Positions 44,968 through 55,609 of a stretch of 64,000 nucleotides of DNA are shown one piece after another (position 1 is the first letter of the stretch; each line of letters begins with the position of its first letter). This DNA is from Bacillota bacterium (GTDB lineage Bacteria > Bacillota > Clostridia > TANB77 > CAG-508): the NCBI GenBank assembly GCA_963928415.1, contig CAWVEX010000023.1, positions 10 through 64,009 on the forward strand. Direction: 5' to 3'. The position numbers and the translations under genes were made by a program. The notes under the pieces are model-generated. The model did not search any database, had not been told where the DNA came from, and was given only the letters and a program-made list of their open reading frames with translations.

Positions 44968-46407
44968 TTATTTTTTTAATTCTTCTAGGAACATTTCATT
45001 AAGCATTTTAGGATTTGCTTTTCCTTTTGTTTGTTTCATTGCTTGTCCTACTAAGAATCCAAGTGCTCTATCTTTTCCTGCTTTATAATCTGCCACTGAT
45101 TGCTCATTTTCTGATAAAACTTTTAGAACAACTTCTTTTATAGCATTTTCATCAGATATTTGAATCCATCCTTTTTCTTCAATTATTTTGCTTGGAGATT
45201 TTGGATTTTCAAATAATTCATCTAAGACTTTTTTACCAATACTTGAACTTATTGTTCCTTTATCTATTAATGTTACCATTTCTGCTAATTCTTCTGCAGT
45301 AAAAGGTATATCTTCTGGTTCTAATTCTTTTTCATTTAATATTCTTGCTACATCTGAATTTAGCCAGTTACATACTGCTTTATAATTTTTAGAAATTTCT
45401 CCTGCTTTTTCGAAAAAGTCTGATAAATATTTTGATGAAGTTATACTATTACTATCTTTTTCAGAAAGACCATATTTATTCATATATCTTTCTTTTCTTG
45501 ATTCTGGCATTTCTGGAAGTTGTTTCTTTATATTTTCAATATATTCATCTGAAAGTTTTATTGCAACTAAATCAGGTTCTGGGAAATATCTATAATCTTG
45601 AGAATCTTCCTTATTTCTCATAGGGAATGTTCTTCCTTCTAAATCATCCCATCTTAAAGTTTCCTGTTCTATTTTGTTTCCATGCTCTAATTCATAAATT
45701 TGTCTTTCTTTTTCATATTCAATTGCTCTTGAAATTGATTTAAAAGAATTCATATTTTTCATTTCTGTACGAGTTCCAAAAGGCTCGCCAAATTTATGTA
45801 CAGACACATTGACATCAGCTCTTAATGAACCTTCTTGCATCTTACAATCTGAAACTTCTATATATTGAAGTATTGATTTTAGCTTTTTTAAATATCTATC
45901 TACTTCTCCAGTTGATCTTAAATCTGGTTCCGATACTATTTCAATTAGTGGAACACCTGCTCTATTTAAATCTACTAAACTTCCTGAACCAAATTCATTA
46001 TGATTTAGTTTTCCTGCATCTTCTTCTATATGAATTCTAAGTATTCTTATTTTTTTAGGATTACCAAAATCATCTTCTATTTCTATATATCCATGATTGC
46101 AAAGTGGTTTATCGAATTGTGATATCTGATAAGATTTAGGTAAATCTGGATAAAAATAATTTTTTCTATCATTTTTACTATCTTTTGAAATTTCACAGTT
46201 TGTAGCTAAGCCTGCTTTTACTGCATATTCCACTACTTTTTCATTAAGTACTGGAAGTGCTCCTGGAAGTGCCATACATACAGGACATATATGTGTATTT
46301 GGTTCTGCTCCAAATTCTGTTGGGCATGAACAAAATATTTTTGTTTTTGTTGATAATTCTGCGTGAACTTCTAATCCAACAATTAGTTCATAATCTTCTA
46401 CTGCCAT
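44968..46407 (-). CDS. gatB: Asp/Glu-tRNA amidotransferase subunit B
   Basis: YELIVGLEVHAELSTKTKIFCSC, NRAGVPLIEIVSEPD, 479 aa. Confidence 0.95.
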   Translation of the reverse strand: MAVEDYELIVGLEVHAELSTKTKIFCSCPTEFGAEPNTHICPVCMALPGALPVLNEKVVEYAVKAGLATNCEISKDSKNDRKNYFYPDLPKSYQISQFDKPLCNHGYIEIEDDFGNPKKIRILRIHIEEDAGKLNHNEFGSGSLVDLNRAGVPLIEIVSEPDLRSTGEVDRYLKKLKSILQYIEVSDCKMQEGSLRADVNVSVHKFGEPFGTRTEMKNMNSFKSISRAIEYEKERQIYELEHGNKIEQETLRWDDLEGRTFPMRNKEDSQDYRYFPEPDLVAIKLSDEYIENIKKQLPEMPESRKERYMNKYGLSEKDSNSITSSKYLSDFFEKAGEISKNYKAVCNWLNSDVARILNEKELEPEDIPFTAEELAEMVTLIDKGTISSSIGKKVLDELFENPKSPSKIIEEKGWIQISDENAIKEVVLKVLSENEQSVADYKAGKDRALGFLVGQAMKQTKGKANPKMLNEMFLEELKK

Positions 46408-46480
46408 CTAATTTCCTCCTTTTTATTTTTTAATAGTATAAAAATTTGCATTGTTTTGTTATTGTTCATTATCCTTTGTT

Positions 46481-48130
46481 TTACCTGCCATCGTCTTGTT
46501 CTTCATCACTGGATTTTCTACCGTCTCTTACTATTGTATTGTTTCCTGTTTGAGAGTATTTTATCTTGTCTACTTTATATTTCTTCAAATAATTTTTATT
46601 GTAAAATTTTGTATTATTTGATTTATCATAACTATTCAAGTTATCCTTTATTTTTTCGTATTCTCTTTCAATTCTATCATAGCAATTTTTTAATCTATTT
46701 ATTATTCCTATTTGGCCTATGTCAAAATTTTCATTATACCCTAAAACATTCCTATTACTGTTCATGTAATCTGATATTCTGTTTAATATAGTGTCTCTTA
46801 AATTTGTTTTCAATATATTATCCAAGACACAAGCAAATTGAATTACTGTCGTTATTCTCTTCCTATCATTCTCGCTAAGGTACCATCCATCAGACACTAC
46901 TGTTTTTCCAGTTTCCGAGTCTAAATATCTTATTCTATCAATGTCACTTTTGCTACCCGAATATTTACCATAGAAATGAATTATAGTCTTATCTCCTACT
47001 TTATCAATAAAACTTATATTATAACATTCATTATCTGCAATAATATGTATGCTTTTCATAAAGTCCATGACTACTAATTTAGAATCTGGCAAATATACCA
47101 ATTTTAAATTTTTATTATCTAACCTTTTTCTTTCAAATTCTTCTCTTTGTTCTTTTGTAATAAATTTAGCTAACCAATCTAAAGATATTTTGTCTATATC
47201 TTCTTCTTTTAGTGGAAGTGTAGGTTCTATTGGTTCTACTGATTTTTCAGTTTCTTTTGGTTTTGTTCCAAAATAATCTCTTATTCTCCTAAAAATACTT
47301 TTCTTTTCCTTTGCTATTGCCAAAGCTGTTGTTTCAAGTTCTTCTGTTTTTTCTTCTCGTGAATTATTTTGCTGTATATTAGCACCTCTTATGGCTTCAT
47401 TTTGGTTTTGTACATAACTTAAAAGTTTCCATATTTCATCATCTGCAAATGCTTCTTTTCCACTCATTAATTTATACTTTATTCTTTCTAAGACATTACT
47501 AACCTGTGGAGTAGTATTTTGAGATAATCTATTTATTTCACCATTTAAGAATATTGTAAGACCTGGTATATCTTGTCCTGATATTTCAAACTCATCTATT
47601 GCACCTTCTCTTACTCTTCTTACCATAAAGTTACCATATAAATTGTATAAAGCTTTTTCTATTTTATCTCTATCTTCAAAACTATATTGTGAAATTGAAC
47701 TATCATAAGTTTGTTTTAATTTTTCAAATTCAGTTTCATAATCTTCTAAAGACAGTTTCTTACCATCTTTTTGCATATCTTGTATTTGTTGAAATATTGC
47801 TTGTCCTTTACTTTCTAACACCTTTTGATTTCCGTCATTTTTCTTATATGCATCTAGTTCTAGATTTAACTCAGTATATTTTGAGTAAAATTCCTGTTGA
47901 CTACTTATATGCAATAAAGCATTATATTTTTTTAATAAGCCTTCTGCCGCTTCTGAGTCATACAACAATATTTGAGATATTTCTACTTGCAATGGTTTTA
48001 ACATTGTTTCATATACTGTATTTCTTTGCTCTTGTGTAAACTCTATATCACTCTCAAGTTCTAGTTTTGGTCTTAACATTTCATTAAAATCTGGTAAACT
48101 TCCATTAGAAAAGCTATCTTCTTCTTTCAT
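46481..48130 (-). CDS. Hypothetical 549-aa protein inserted between gatA and gatB
   Basis: Long uninterrupted ORF. AAGGAGGAG SD, with the ATG 12 nt after the gatA stop. No TM segment, signal peptide or domain motif that I recognise. The N-terminal half is helical and E/K/Q-rich, and the C-terminal half appears mixed alpha/beta. Confidence 0.6.
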   Translation of the reverse strand: MKEEDSFSNGSLPDFNEMLRPKLELESDIEFTQEQRNTVYETMLKPLQVEISQILLYDSEAAEGLLKKYNALLHISSQQEFYSKYTELNLELDAYKKNDGNQKVLESKGQAIFQQIQDMQKDGKKLSLEDYETEFEKLKQTYDSSISQYSFEDRDKIEKALYNLYGNFMVRRVREGAIDEFEISGQDIPGLTIFLNGEINRLSQNTTPQVSNVLERIKYKLMSGKEAFADDEIWKLLSYVQNQNEAIRGANIQQNNSREEKTEELETTALAIAKEKKSIFRRIRDYFGTKPKETEKSVEPIEPTLPLKEEDIDKISLDWLAKFITKEQREEFERKRLDNKNLKLVYLPDSKLVVMDFMKSIHIIADNECYNISFIDKVGDKTIIHFYGKYSGSKSDIDRIRYLDSETGKTVVSDGWYLSENDRKRITTVIQFACVLDNILKTNLRDTILNRISDYMNSNRNVLGYNENFDIGQIGIINRLKNCYDRIEREYEKIKDNLNSYDKSNNTKFYNKNYLKKYKVDKIKYSQTGNNTIVRDGRKSSDEEQDDGR

Positions 48131-48142
48131 TGCTCCTCCTTA

Positions 48143-49615
48143 TTATTTTTTGAATGAAGGTTTATGATTTTCTCTAAACTTGATTTCTTGTTCAAATTTA
48201 TATGCAACATTTAGTATCTTTTCTTCTTCAAATCTATTTCCTATTAATTGCATTCCTACTGGCATTCCATTACTATCTACTCCACATGGAAGTGATATTG
48301 CAGGAACACTTGCAATATTTATAGATACAGTACATATATCTGCTAAATACATTTCTAGTGGATTATTGCATTTTTCTCCTATCTTAAATGCTGTTGATGG
48401 AGATACTGGAGTAAGCAATACATCATATTTACTAAATGCTTTATTAAATTCATTTTTTACATATGTTCTAACTTTTTGAGCTTTTTTATAGTAAGCATCA
48501 TAATATCCTGAAGATAATACATAAGTTCCAAGTATTATTCTTCTTTTTACTTCATCTCCAAATCCTTCAGTTCTTGAATTTACATATAATTCTTTTAATG
48601 AATTAAAGTCTTTTGCTCTATATCCATATCTTATTCCATCAAATCTACCTAGGTTTGAACTAGCTTCTGCACAAGCAATAATATAATAAGCTGCAAGTGA
48701 TGCTTTAGCTACATCAAGTGAAGTTTCTTCTACTGTAGCTCCTAACTTTTTATATGTTTCTATTGCTTTTTCTAACTGTTCTTTTACCTCTTTATTTATT
48801 CCCTCTCCAAAGAATTCCTTAGGTACACCAATTTTTATTCCAGTTAAATCTTTTTCTAGATTTTTTGTATAATCTTTTTTCTCTATATTATATGATGTAC
48901 TATCTTTTTCATCATGTCCAGCTATTATATTTAAAAGCATTGCACTATCTTTTACATCTTTAGTTATTGGTCCTACTTGGTCTAAAGATGAAGCAAAGGC
49001 AACTAGTCCATATCTGGAAACTAATCCATAAGTTGGTTTTAATCCTACAACTCCACAAAATGCTGCTGGTTCACGAATTGATCCACCTGTATCACTTCCA
49101 AGTGCCCATGGAACTAAATCACCTGCAACAGCAGCTGCACTACCACCTGATGAACCGCCTGGAACTCTATTTAAATCCCATGGGTTATGTGTAATTTTTA
49201 TAGCAGAATTTTCTGTTGAGCTTCCCATTGCGAATTCATCCATGTTTAGTTTTCCAAGGCTTATTATTCCTTCTTTATTTAATTTTTCTACAACTGTTGC
49301 ATCATAAGGTGATACAAAGTTTTCAAGCATTTTTGAACTACAAGTTGTTTTAACACCTTTTGTGCATAGGTTGTCCTTAATTCCTATAGGAATACCAGCA
49401 TACTTAGATAATTCTTTATTTTCTTTTCTTTCTTCATCTATTTTTTTAGACTCATTTAATGCCTCATCAGTTGTAAGTGTTACAAAAGCATCAACATCTT
49501 TTTCTTTTTCATTAATTCTATCTATGTAAGCTTTTGTTATTTCTTCTGATGTTAATTCATTATTTTTTAATTTTTCCACTAACTCATGTACTGTAAGATT
49601 TGTAATACTCTCCAT
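48143..49615 (-). CDS. gatA: Glu-tRNA(Gln) amidotransferase subunit A
   Basis: Amidase signature [12 protein letters not shown]. 490 aa. Confidence 0.95.
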   Translation of the reverse strand: MESITNLTVHELVEKLKNNELTSEEITKAYIDRINEKEKDVDAFVTLTTDEALNESKKIDEERKENKELSKYAGIPIGIKDNLCTKGVKTTCSSKMLENFVSPYDATVVEKLNKEGIISLGKLNMDEFAMGSSTENSAIKITHNPWDLNRVPGGSSGGSAAAVAGDLVPWALGSDTGGSIREPAAFCGVVGLKPTYGLVSRYGLVAFASSLDQVGPITKDVKDSAMLLNIIAGHDEKDSTSYNIEKKDYTKNLEKDLTGIKIGVPKEFFGEGINKEVKEQLEKAIETYKKLGATVEETSLDVAKASLAAYYIIACAEASSNLGRFDGIRYGYRAKDFNSLKELYVNSRTEGFGDEVKRRIILGTYVLSSGYYDAYYKKAQKVRTYVKNEFNKAFSKYDVLLTPVSPSTAFKIGEKCNNPLEMYLADICTVSINIASVPAISLPCGVDSNGMPVGMQLIGNRFEEEKILNVAYKFEQEIKFRENHKPSFKK

Positions 49616-49631
49616 TCCTCTGCTTCCTTTC

Positions 49632-50228
49632 TTAAAGTTTTTGTGATTCTTCTTTCCAGTCTAATAACTCTTTTAATTCTTTTTGAACATCTTCTAAGTT
49701 TCTACAATTATCTATGTTCACAACATGAATGTTTTTATACTTTTCTTTAATTTCTTCTGCTAATTTTAAATATTCATTTTGTTGATTTACACTGCTTTGT
49801 TTTTCAAATTTTGTGTATTTTACTTTTGCTTTTCCTGCTCTATCTAATCTTGTAACATATTCATCCTCATTACTTAAGTATAATGTTATGTAATAAATAT
49901 CAAAGTCCATTTGAGATAATCTGTTTAATAATTTATTATATACATCTGTAAATGAATAATCCTTAAAACCTAATCTACAATAAATTTCTTCTGTAAAAAA
50001 TGTTCTATCAAAAAGTAAATTTATACTTTTATTTTGCAATTTTTCTATATAATCCATTAAGTCCTCATACATTACTTTTGCTTTTTCTTTTCCTGCTTTA
50101 GTTATATCTGCTGTTCCACTTAATCTGTATAAATTTGTATATGGTATTACTTTTCTAATATAATCTGTTATTGTTGTTTTTCCTGCTCCTTGTGGTCCTT
50201 CTACTATTATTATTTTTGAGTTTGACAT
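49632..50228 (-). CDS. P-loop NTPase / nucleoside(tide)-kinase-like protein inserted between gatC and gatA
   Basis: Walker [12 protein letters not shown] at residues 9-19. Its size of about 200 aa and LFDR...E motifs resemble the dNK/TMPK fold. Specificity is unknown. Confidence 0.55.
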   Translation of the reverse strand: MSNSKIIIVEGPQGAGKTTITDYIRKVIPYTNLYRLSGTADITKAGKEKAKVMYEDLMDYIEKLQNKSINLLFDRTFFTEEIYCRLGFKDYSFTDVYNKLLNRLSQMDFDIYYITLYLSNEDEYVTRLDRAGKAKVKYTKFEKQSSVNQQNEYLKLAEEIKEKYKNIHVVNIDNCRNLEDVQKELKELLDWKEESQKL

Positions 50229-50284
50229 TTGTTTTATTCCTTATACTATAATTTAGGTTTTAGTAAGTTCTACCTATAAACTTT

Positions 50285-50572
50285 TTAGTTTAATACTTTT
50301 GGTATTTTGAACATGTTTCTTTCTTTTTCTGGTGCATTTTCCATAATGCCTTCTTTGTTATCAAAATCAACTATTTCATCTTTTCTAAATACATTTGAAC
50401 TATCATTTGCACCAATAGTTTCATCAAGCTCATCTAAATTCATTGAGTTTAATAATTCAGTATAATTTAATATATCTTGCAAATTATTTAAATATTTGTC
50501 TATTTCTTCATCTTTAATTTTTATATCTGCTAAATTTGCAATATGCAATAACTCTTCTTTACTAACTGTCAT
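50285..50572 (-). CDS. gatC: Asp/Glu-tRNA amidotransferase subunit C
   Basis: VSKEELLHIANLADIKI.DEE... The likely start is the ATG at 50572, after AAAGGA. The track start at 50593 would overlap the upstream gene. Confidence 0.85.
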   Translation of the reverse strand: MTVSKEELLHIANLADIKIKDEEIDKYLNNLQDILNYTELLNSMNLDELDETIGANDSSNVFRKDEIVDFDNKEGIMENAPEKERNMFKIPKVLN

Positions 50573-50585
50573 TATTTTTTCCTTT

Positions 50586-51005
50586 CTAATCAATTTGATT
50601 TACAATATTTTCACTAATATTATTTCTATTTATTTCATTAGTATTTGTAGTATTTTCAGCTATGTTTTCTGCTTTATTTTGAGCTTTATCCTCTAAGTTA
50701 TTTTCAATACTATTAGCATTATCATAAAAGCTCTCTAAACTATATACAGATGCTTGTCCTTGTGCATTAGATGTCTCATTATATCTGTCTTTTATTTCTT
50801 CATAAATAGCATTCATATCTCCATCATATGCATTGGAAATTCTTTCAGTTTCCTCTAACTGAGCTCTTCTTCTAGATGTAGTATATATAAAAAAGCTTGA
50901 AAGAATTATTACTATAAAAAATATTGTTGCTACTACTATCATTGTTACAGAACCTTTTTCACTTTGTTTCATTTGTTCCTCTCTTTCTAGTGAATTTTTG
51001 ATCAC
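50586..51005 (-). CDS. Small membrane-anchored protein with a TadE/G-like N terminus
   Basis: SEKGSVTMIVVATIFFIVIILSSFFIY resembles the Tad pseudopilin-type N-terminal anchor. The C-terminal part is an N/E-rich tail. Confidence 0.35.
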   Translation of the reverse strand: MIKNSLEREEQMKQSEKGSVTMIVVATIFFIVIILSSFFIYTTSRRRAQLEETERISNAYDGDMNAIYEEIKDRYNETSNAQGQASVYSLESFYDNANSIENNLEDKAQNKAENIAENTTNTNEINRNNISENIVNQID

Positions 51006-51040
51006 TTTTTATTTTATATAATTTTGCAGTAGTTTTTATA

Positions 51041-53140
51041 TTATTTTTCTTTTTTTGATGTAGTTTTTTCTTTTGATGTAGTTTTTGTCTTTGTTTTAGC
51101 TTTTGTCTTTTTTGTTTTTGCTTTTTTTGTCGTTTTCTTTTTTTCTTTTGTTTCAGGTTCCCACTTTTCACCTAATTTTGGTTTATTCCAAGATATATAG
51201 TTGCAAGATTTTGGATTATTCTCACAAATATAATAATTTTTACCTCTTTTTGTTTTTCTTACTTGTACTGTTCCTCCACATACAGGGCAAGGTACATCTA
51301 TTTTTTCCACATAAGGTTTTACATTTTTACATTCTGGGTATCCTGGGCAAGCTAAGAATTTGCCATATTTACCGTACTTTACGACCATCATTCTACCACA
51401 CTTTTCACATGGAATATCTGTAACTTCTTCTTGCAATTTTACATGTTCTAATTCTTTATCTACTTTTTCCACTTCTTGTTCAAAAGGTGTGTAAAACTCT
51501 CTTATAACTTGTTTCCAAGGTTCTTTTCCTTCTGCAATTTCATCAAATTGATTTTCAATGTCTGCTGTAAATTCTACATTGATTATATCTTTAAAATTTT
51601 CTGTTAATAGTTTATTTACTACTTTTCCTAAATCTGTTGGAACTAGTTGCTTTTTTTCTTTTTGTACATATCTTCTATCTAATATAGTAGATATTATTGT
51701 TGCATAAGTACTTGGTCTACCTATTCCTTTTTCTTCTAATGCTTTTACTAAACTTGCTTCAGTATATCTTGCTGGTGGTTCTGTAAAACTTTGTTTTGCA
51801 TCTAATTTTTCTTTTTTTACTTCTTCATTAACTTTAAGTTCAGGAATTTGACTTTCTTCATCTTCATTTTTGGCATCATCTCTATCTTCTACATACAATG
51901 TCATAAATCCTTTAAATTTAAGAGTTTGTCCACTTGCTTTAAAATTATAATTATTTGCATCAATATTTGCTGATATTGTATCATATATTGCTTGTGACAT
52001 TTGACTTGCTATAAATCTATTATATATTAATCTATATAATTTATATTGGTCTGGGGTTAATGAATCTTTTATTTTTTCTGGTTCTAAATCAATATATGTT
52101 GGTCTTATACCTTCATGAGCATCTTGAGCTCCAGATTTTGTTTTATAATATCTATTTTCATAAAATTTAGCACCATATTTATTTGTAATATGCACTTTAG
52201 CAGCAGCTCTTGCTTCTTCTGAAATTCTTGTAGAGTCTGTTCTCATATAAGTAATAAGTCCAACTGTTCCTCTGCCTTCAACTTTTACTCCTTCATAAAG
52301 TATTTGTGCAACTTGCATAGTTTTCTTAATTGGAAAACTTAATTTTCTTGATGCTTCTTGTTGCATTGTACTTGTTGTAAATGGTGGAGCTGGAGTTCTT
52401 TTCTTTTCTCCTTTTTTTACATCTGTTACTATATATTTTGCATTTTTTAAGTTTTCTAATATTTCATCTACTTCTTCTTTTTTGTGTAAATCTATTTTTT
52501 TGCCATTTTTCCCATAAAATTTAGCAATAAATTTTTCATCATCTTTAGAAAGAGTAGCTATTATGTTCCAATATTCTTCAGGAATAAATTTTTCTATTTC
52601 ATTTTCTCTATCTACTATTAATTTTACTGCTACTGATTGAACTCTTCCAGCTGATAAACCTCTTTTTACCTTCTTCCAAAGTATAGGGCTTATTTTGTAT
52701 CCTACTATTCTATCTAAGACTCTTCTTGCTTGCTGAGCATCTGTTAAATTTTTATCTATTTTTCTTGGCTTTTTAATAGATTCTTTTACAGTTTCTTTTG
52801 TAATTTCATTAAATGTAACTCTACAAACTGCATCTTCAGGTATGCCTAAAAGATATGCTAAATGCCATGCAATAGCTTCTCCTTCACGATCAGGGTCGGT
52901 TGCTAAATACACTACTTTTGCATTTTTAGCATCTTTTTTTAAACTATTTATTAAACTTGCTTTTCCTCTTATATTAATATATTGAGGTTCAAAGTCGTGT
53001 TCTACATCAATGCCTAGTTTTGATTTTGGCAAATCTCTAACATGTCCCATTGAAGCAACAACTTTTACGTTGCTTCCCAAAAACTTTTTTATTGTATTAG
53101 CTTTTGATGGTGACTCAACTATTATTAATTTGTCTGCCAT
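51041..53140 (-). CDS. topA: DNA topoisomerase I with a K/T-rich C-terminal tail
   Basis: TOPRIM domain LIIVESPSKA...ATDPDREGE, an active-site region, and two C4 zinc ribbons (CEKCG...CPGYPEC and CPVCG...C). Confidence 0.95.
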   Translation of the reverse strand: MADKLIIVESPSKANTIKKFLGSNVKVVASMGHVRDLPKSKLGIDVEHDFEPQYINIRGKASLINSLKKDAKNAKVVYLATDPDREGEAIAWHLAYLLGIPEDAVCRVTFNEITKETVKESIKKPRKIDKNLTDAQQARRVLDRIVGYKISPILWKKVKRGLSAGRVQSVAVKLIVDRENEIEKFIPEEYWNIIATLSKDDEKFIAKFYGKNGKKIDLHKKEEVDEILENLKNAKYIVTDVKKGEKKRTPAPPFTTSTMQQEASRKLSFPIKKTMQVAQILYEGVKVEGRGTVGLITYMRTDSTRISEEARAAAKVHITNKYGAKFYENRYYKTKSGAQDAHEGIRPTYIDLEPEKIKDSLTPDQYKLYRLIYNRFIASQMSQAIYDTISANIDANNYNFKASGQTLKFKGFMTLYVEDRDDAKNEDEESQIPELKVNEEVKKEKLDAKQSFTEPPARYTEASLVKALEEKGIGRPSTYATIISTILDRRYVQKEKKQLVPTDLGKVVNKLLTENFKDIINVEFTADIENQFDEIAEGKEPWKQVIREFYTPFEQEVEKVDKELEHVKLQEEVTDIPCEKCGRMMVVKYGKYGKFLACPGYPECKNVKPYVEKIDVPCPVCGGTVQVRKTKRGKNYYICENNPKSCNYISWNKPKLGEKWEPETKEKKKTTKKAKTKKTKAKTKTKTTSKEKTTSKKEK

Positions 53141-53157
53141 TATATGTTTCCTTTCTT

Positions 53158-53186
53158 AACCCAAAAGGGACGTTCCTTTTTGGGCG
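53158..53186. repeat. 29-nt palindromic element, copy 3
   Basis: aacccaaaagggacgttcctttttgggcg is identical to copy 1 apart from the last three nt. Confidence 0.8.
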
Positions 53187-53200
53187 TTATTTTTTATTTT

Positions 53201-53229
53201 AACCCAAAAAGGGACGTCCCTATTGGGTT
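53201..53229. repeat. 29-nt palindromic element, copy 4 (GGGACGTCCC core)
   Basis: aacccaaaaagggacgtccctattgggtt. Its right arm overlaps the last three codons and the stop of murG. Confidence 0.8.
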
Positions 53230-54326
53230 ATTTCTTTATATATTTTTTCTTCTACATTTTGTATTGCCATTTTACGAGCATTATTGCCCATTTGTTCTAA
53301 TTTTTTTCTATCCCTTGTTAATTCGTTTATTGTAGCATTTAAAGCCTCTGCTGTCAAGTTTTTGTCTAGTATCACCTTTGCAGCATCTTTGTTTTCTAAT
53401 GCTCTTGCATTATATTCTTGATGATTTTCTGCAGCATATGGAAATGGTATAAAAATTGCAGGCTTTCCTACATTTTCTATTTCTGTTACTGTCATTGCTC
53501 CGCTTCTTGCTACAACTAAATCTACTATATTCATTATTTCTTCCATATTATATATGTATGGCATTACTTTTATACCATCTAATTTATCTATGTCCATATT
53601 TACTTTTTTTAATTCTTCTTTTACTTTTTCATATTGCTCTGGACCTGCTGACCAAATTATTTGGTAATTAGAATTTAACTTGTTTTTTATTATATCTGCC
53701 ATACTTTTATTTATACTCTGAGCGCCTTGGCTACCACCAAAAACTAATACTAATGGCTTTTCTTTTTCAAATCCTAATTCTTCTTTTTTATTTTCTATTT
53801 TTTCTTTAGTAAAATCTATTTTCTTAACTTTTGTTGGTGTTCCTGTATAAACAACATTTTTAGCTTTTGGTAGTCTTTTTTCTGCTTCTTTAAATCCAAC
53901 TAAAATTTTCCTTGCATTTTTTGAAAGCATTTTAGTCGCTACTCCAGGAAGTACATTACTTTCATGTATTATGTATGGTATTTTTAACTTTTTAGCTGCT
54001 AAACATACAGATATACAAATATATCCTCCTGTCCCTATTACTAAATCTGGTTTAAATTCTTTTAATATATTTTTAGCTTCAGTAATAGAATGAATTGTTT
54101 TTGCTAATCTTTTTATATTTTTCAAACTTAATTCTCTAGATATACCATAAGAATCTATTGTTCTTAATTCGTAACCTGCTCTAGGTACTAGATTAGTTTC
54201 CAATCCTCTTTTTGTACCAATAAATATTATTTTAGAATTTGGCTGCTCTTTCATTATTTTATTAGCAATTGCAATTCCTGGATTTATATGTCCACCAGTT
54301 CCGGCCGCTGCTATTACAACTTTCAT
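53220..54326 (-). CDS. murG: Lipid II synthase MurG (UDP-GlcNAc transferase)
   Basis: AAGTGGHINPGIAIA, GGSQGA, EQ..NA. 368 aa. Confidence 0.95.
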   Translation of the reverse strand: MKVVIAAAGTGGHINPGIAIANKIMKEQPNSKIIFIGTKRGLETNLVPRAGYELRTIDSYGISRELSLKNIKRLAKTIHSITEAKNILKEFKPDLVIGTGGYICISVCLAAKKLKIPYIIHESNVLPGVATKMLSKNARKILVGFKEAEKRLPKAKNVVYTGTPTKVKKIDFTKEKIENKKEELGFEKEKPLVLVFGGSQGAQSINKSMADIIKNKLNSNYQIIWSAGPEQYEKVKEELKKVNMDIDKLDGIKVMPYIYNMEEIMNIVDLVVARSGAMTVTEIENVGKPAIFIPFPYAAENHQEYNARALENKDAAKVILDKNLTAEALNATINELTRDRKKLEQMGNNARKMAIQNVEEKIYKEITQ

Positions 54327-54370
54327 AAAGCCTCCTTATTTTACAAAAAGGTCCGTCCCCAACATAAAAT

Positions 54371-55570
54371 TTATATTTTCTTTGCTGATCTTGAAATATT
54401 CATAAGTATTCCCATTGATGCTAAAAGTATAACTAATGAGCTTCCACCATAACTTAAGAATGGAAGTGATATTCCTGTATTAGGCATTGAATTAGTTACA
54501 ACAGCAATATTTAATATTACTTGTATTGCAATTAATGCTGTTATACCTATTGCAATTAAACTTCCAAAGTTATCTTTAGCTCTTAATGCTATAAGTACTC
54601 CTCTTATTATTAATATTGTAAATAGAGTTAATACTATTGCACAACCTACAAATCCTAATTCTTCTGCTAAAATTGCAAATATAAAGTCATTATGTGCCTC
54701 TGGTATGTATAAATATTTTTGAGTACTTTCACCTAATCCTACTCCAAATAATCCTCCTGAACCTATTGCATATAGTCCTTGAACAGTTTGGTAAGATGTT
54801 CCACTTGTATTTGCCCAAGGGTCAAGCCATGCTAAAATTCTATCAGATCTAAAGCTGCTCATTAATTTATCTTTTAAAAATGGAAATGCAAGTATTGCTA
54901 CTCCTAATGCTCCACCAGCAAGGCTAAGTAAATATCTTATTTTGCATCCACTCATTATTATCATAATTATTGTTACTGTTCCAATTATTATACCTGCACT
55001 TAAATGGTTTTGTACGAATAGTAAAATTAAAATTGGTATTCCAACTGCAATTAAAGGTTTAATGCACGCTTTCCACATTCCTTGAATTTTATTATTAGGG
55101 TCACTATAATATCCTGCAACCCATATTATTAATCCAATTTTAGTTATTTCAGATGGTTGAATTCCAATACCTATATATATCCATCTTCTCGCACCATTTG
55201 CTCCAGAGCCTATTACTGGAACTAATACTAGGAATAATATTGCAACTGAAAGTACATATATTGCTTTATATAGTTTTTTATAAAAATCGTAATTTAATTT
55301 TGATAATGATACCATAGCAATTAAACCAATAGCCGCTGCCAAACATTGTGTTCTAAAATATGTATACCAATTTCCTGATTCTGCAATAGCTGATGGGCTA
55401 CTTGCAGAAAGCACCATTACTAATCCTAATGCTACTAGCATTAAGACTACAATTAGTAATGGTAAATCTACTCGATTTCCAGATATTAAAGAAGATAAAT
55501 TAATTTTGGTTTTTGAAGCATTTGAGTTACTTCTTTTCTTTTTAGTAACTTTTTTAGTTGCCATATGCAT
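54371..55570 (-). CDS. ftsW: SEDS-family protein FtsW/SpoVE
   Basis: About 10 TM segments, NDFIFAILAEELG, LPFLSYGGSS, positioned between mraY and murG. Confidence 0.85.
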   Translation of the reverse strand: MHMATKKVTKKKRSNSNASKTKINLSSLISGNRVDLPLLIVVLMLVALGLVMVLSASSPSAIAESGNWYTYFRTQCLAAAIGLIAMVSLSKLNYDFYKKLYKAIYVLSVAILFLVLVPVIGSGANGARRWIYIGIGIQPSEITKIGLIIWVAGYYSDPNNKIQGMWKACIKPLIAVGIPILILLFVQNHLSAGIIIGTVTIIMIIMSGCKIRYLLSLAGGALGVAILAFPFLKDKLMSSFRSDRILAWLDPWANTSGTSYQTVQGLYAIGSGGLFGVGLGESTQKYLYIPEAHNDFIFAILAEELGFVGCAIVLTLFTILIIRGVLIALRAKDNFGSLIAIGITALIAIQVILNIAVVTNSMPNTGISLPFLSYGGSSLVILLASMGILMNISRSAKKI

Positions 55571-55609
55571 TTGCTCATCATTCCTTTAAATTATTTTATA
55601 TTATATTTT

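Noticed and set aside
50959-51171. A 70-aa poly-K/Q ORF overlapping the 3' end of topA.
   Set aside because: It is an alternative frame of the lysine-rich TopA tail, has no independent SD, and is pure low complexity.
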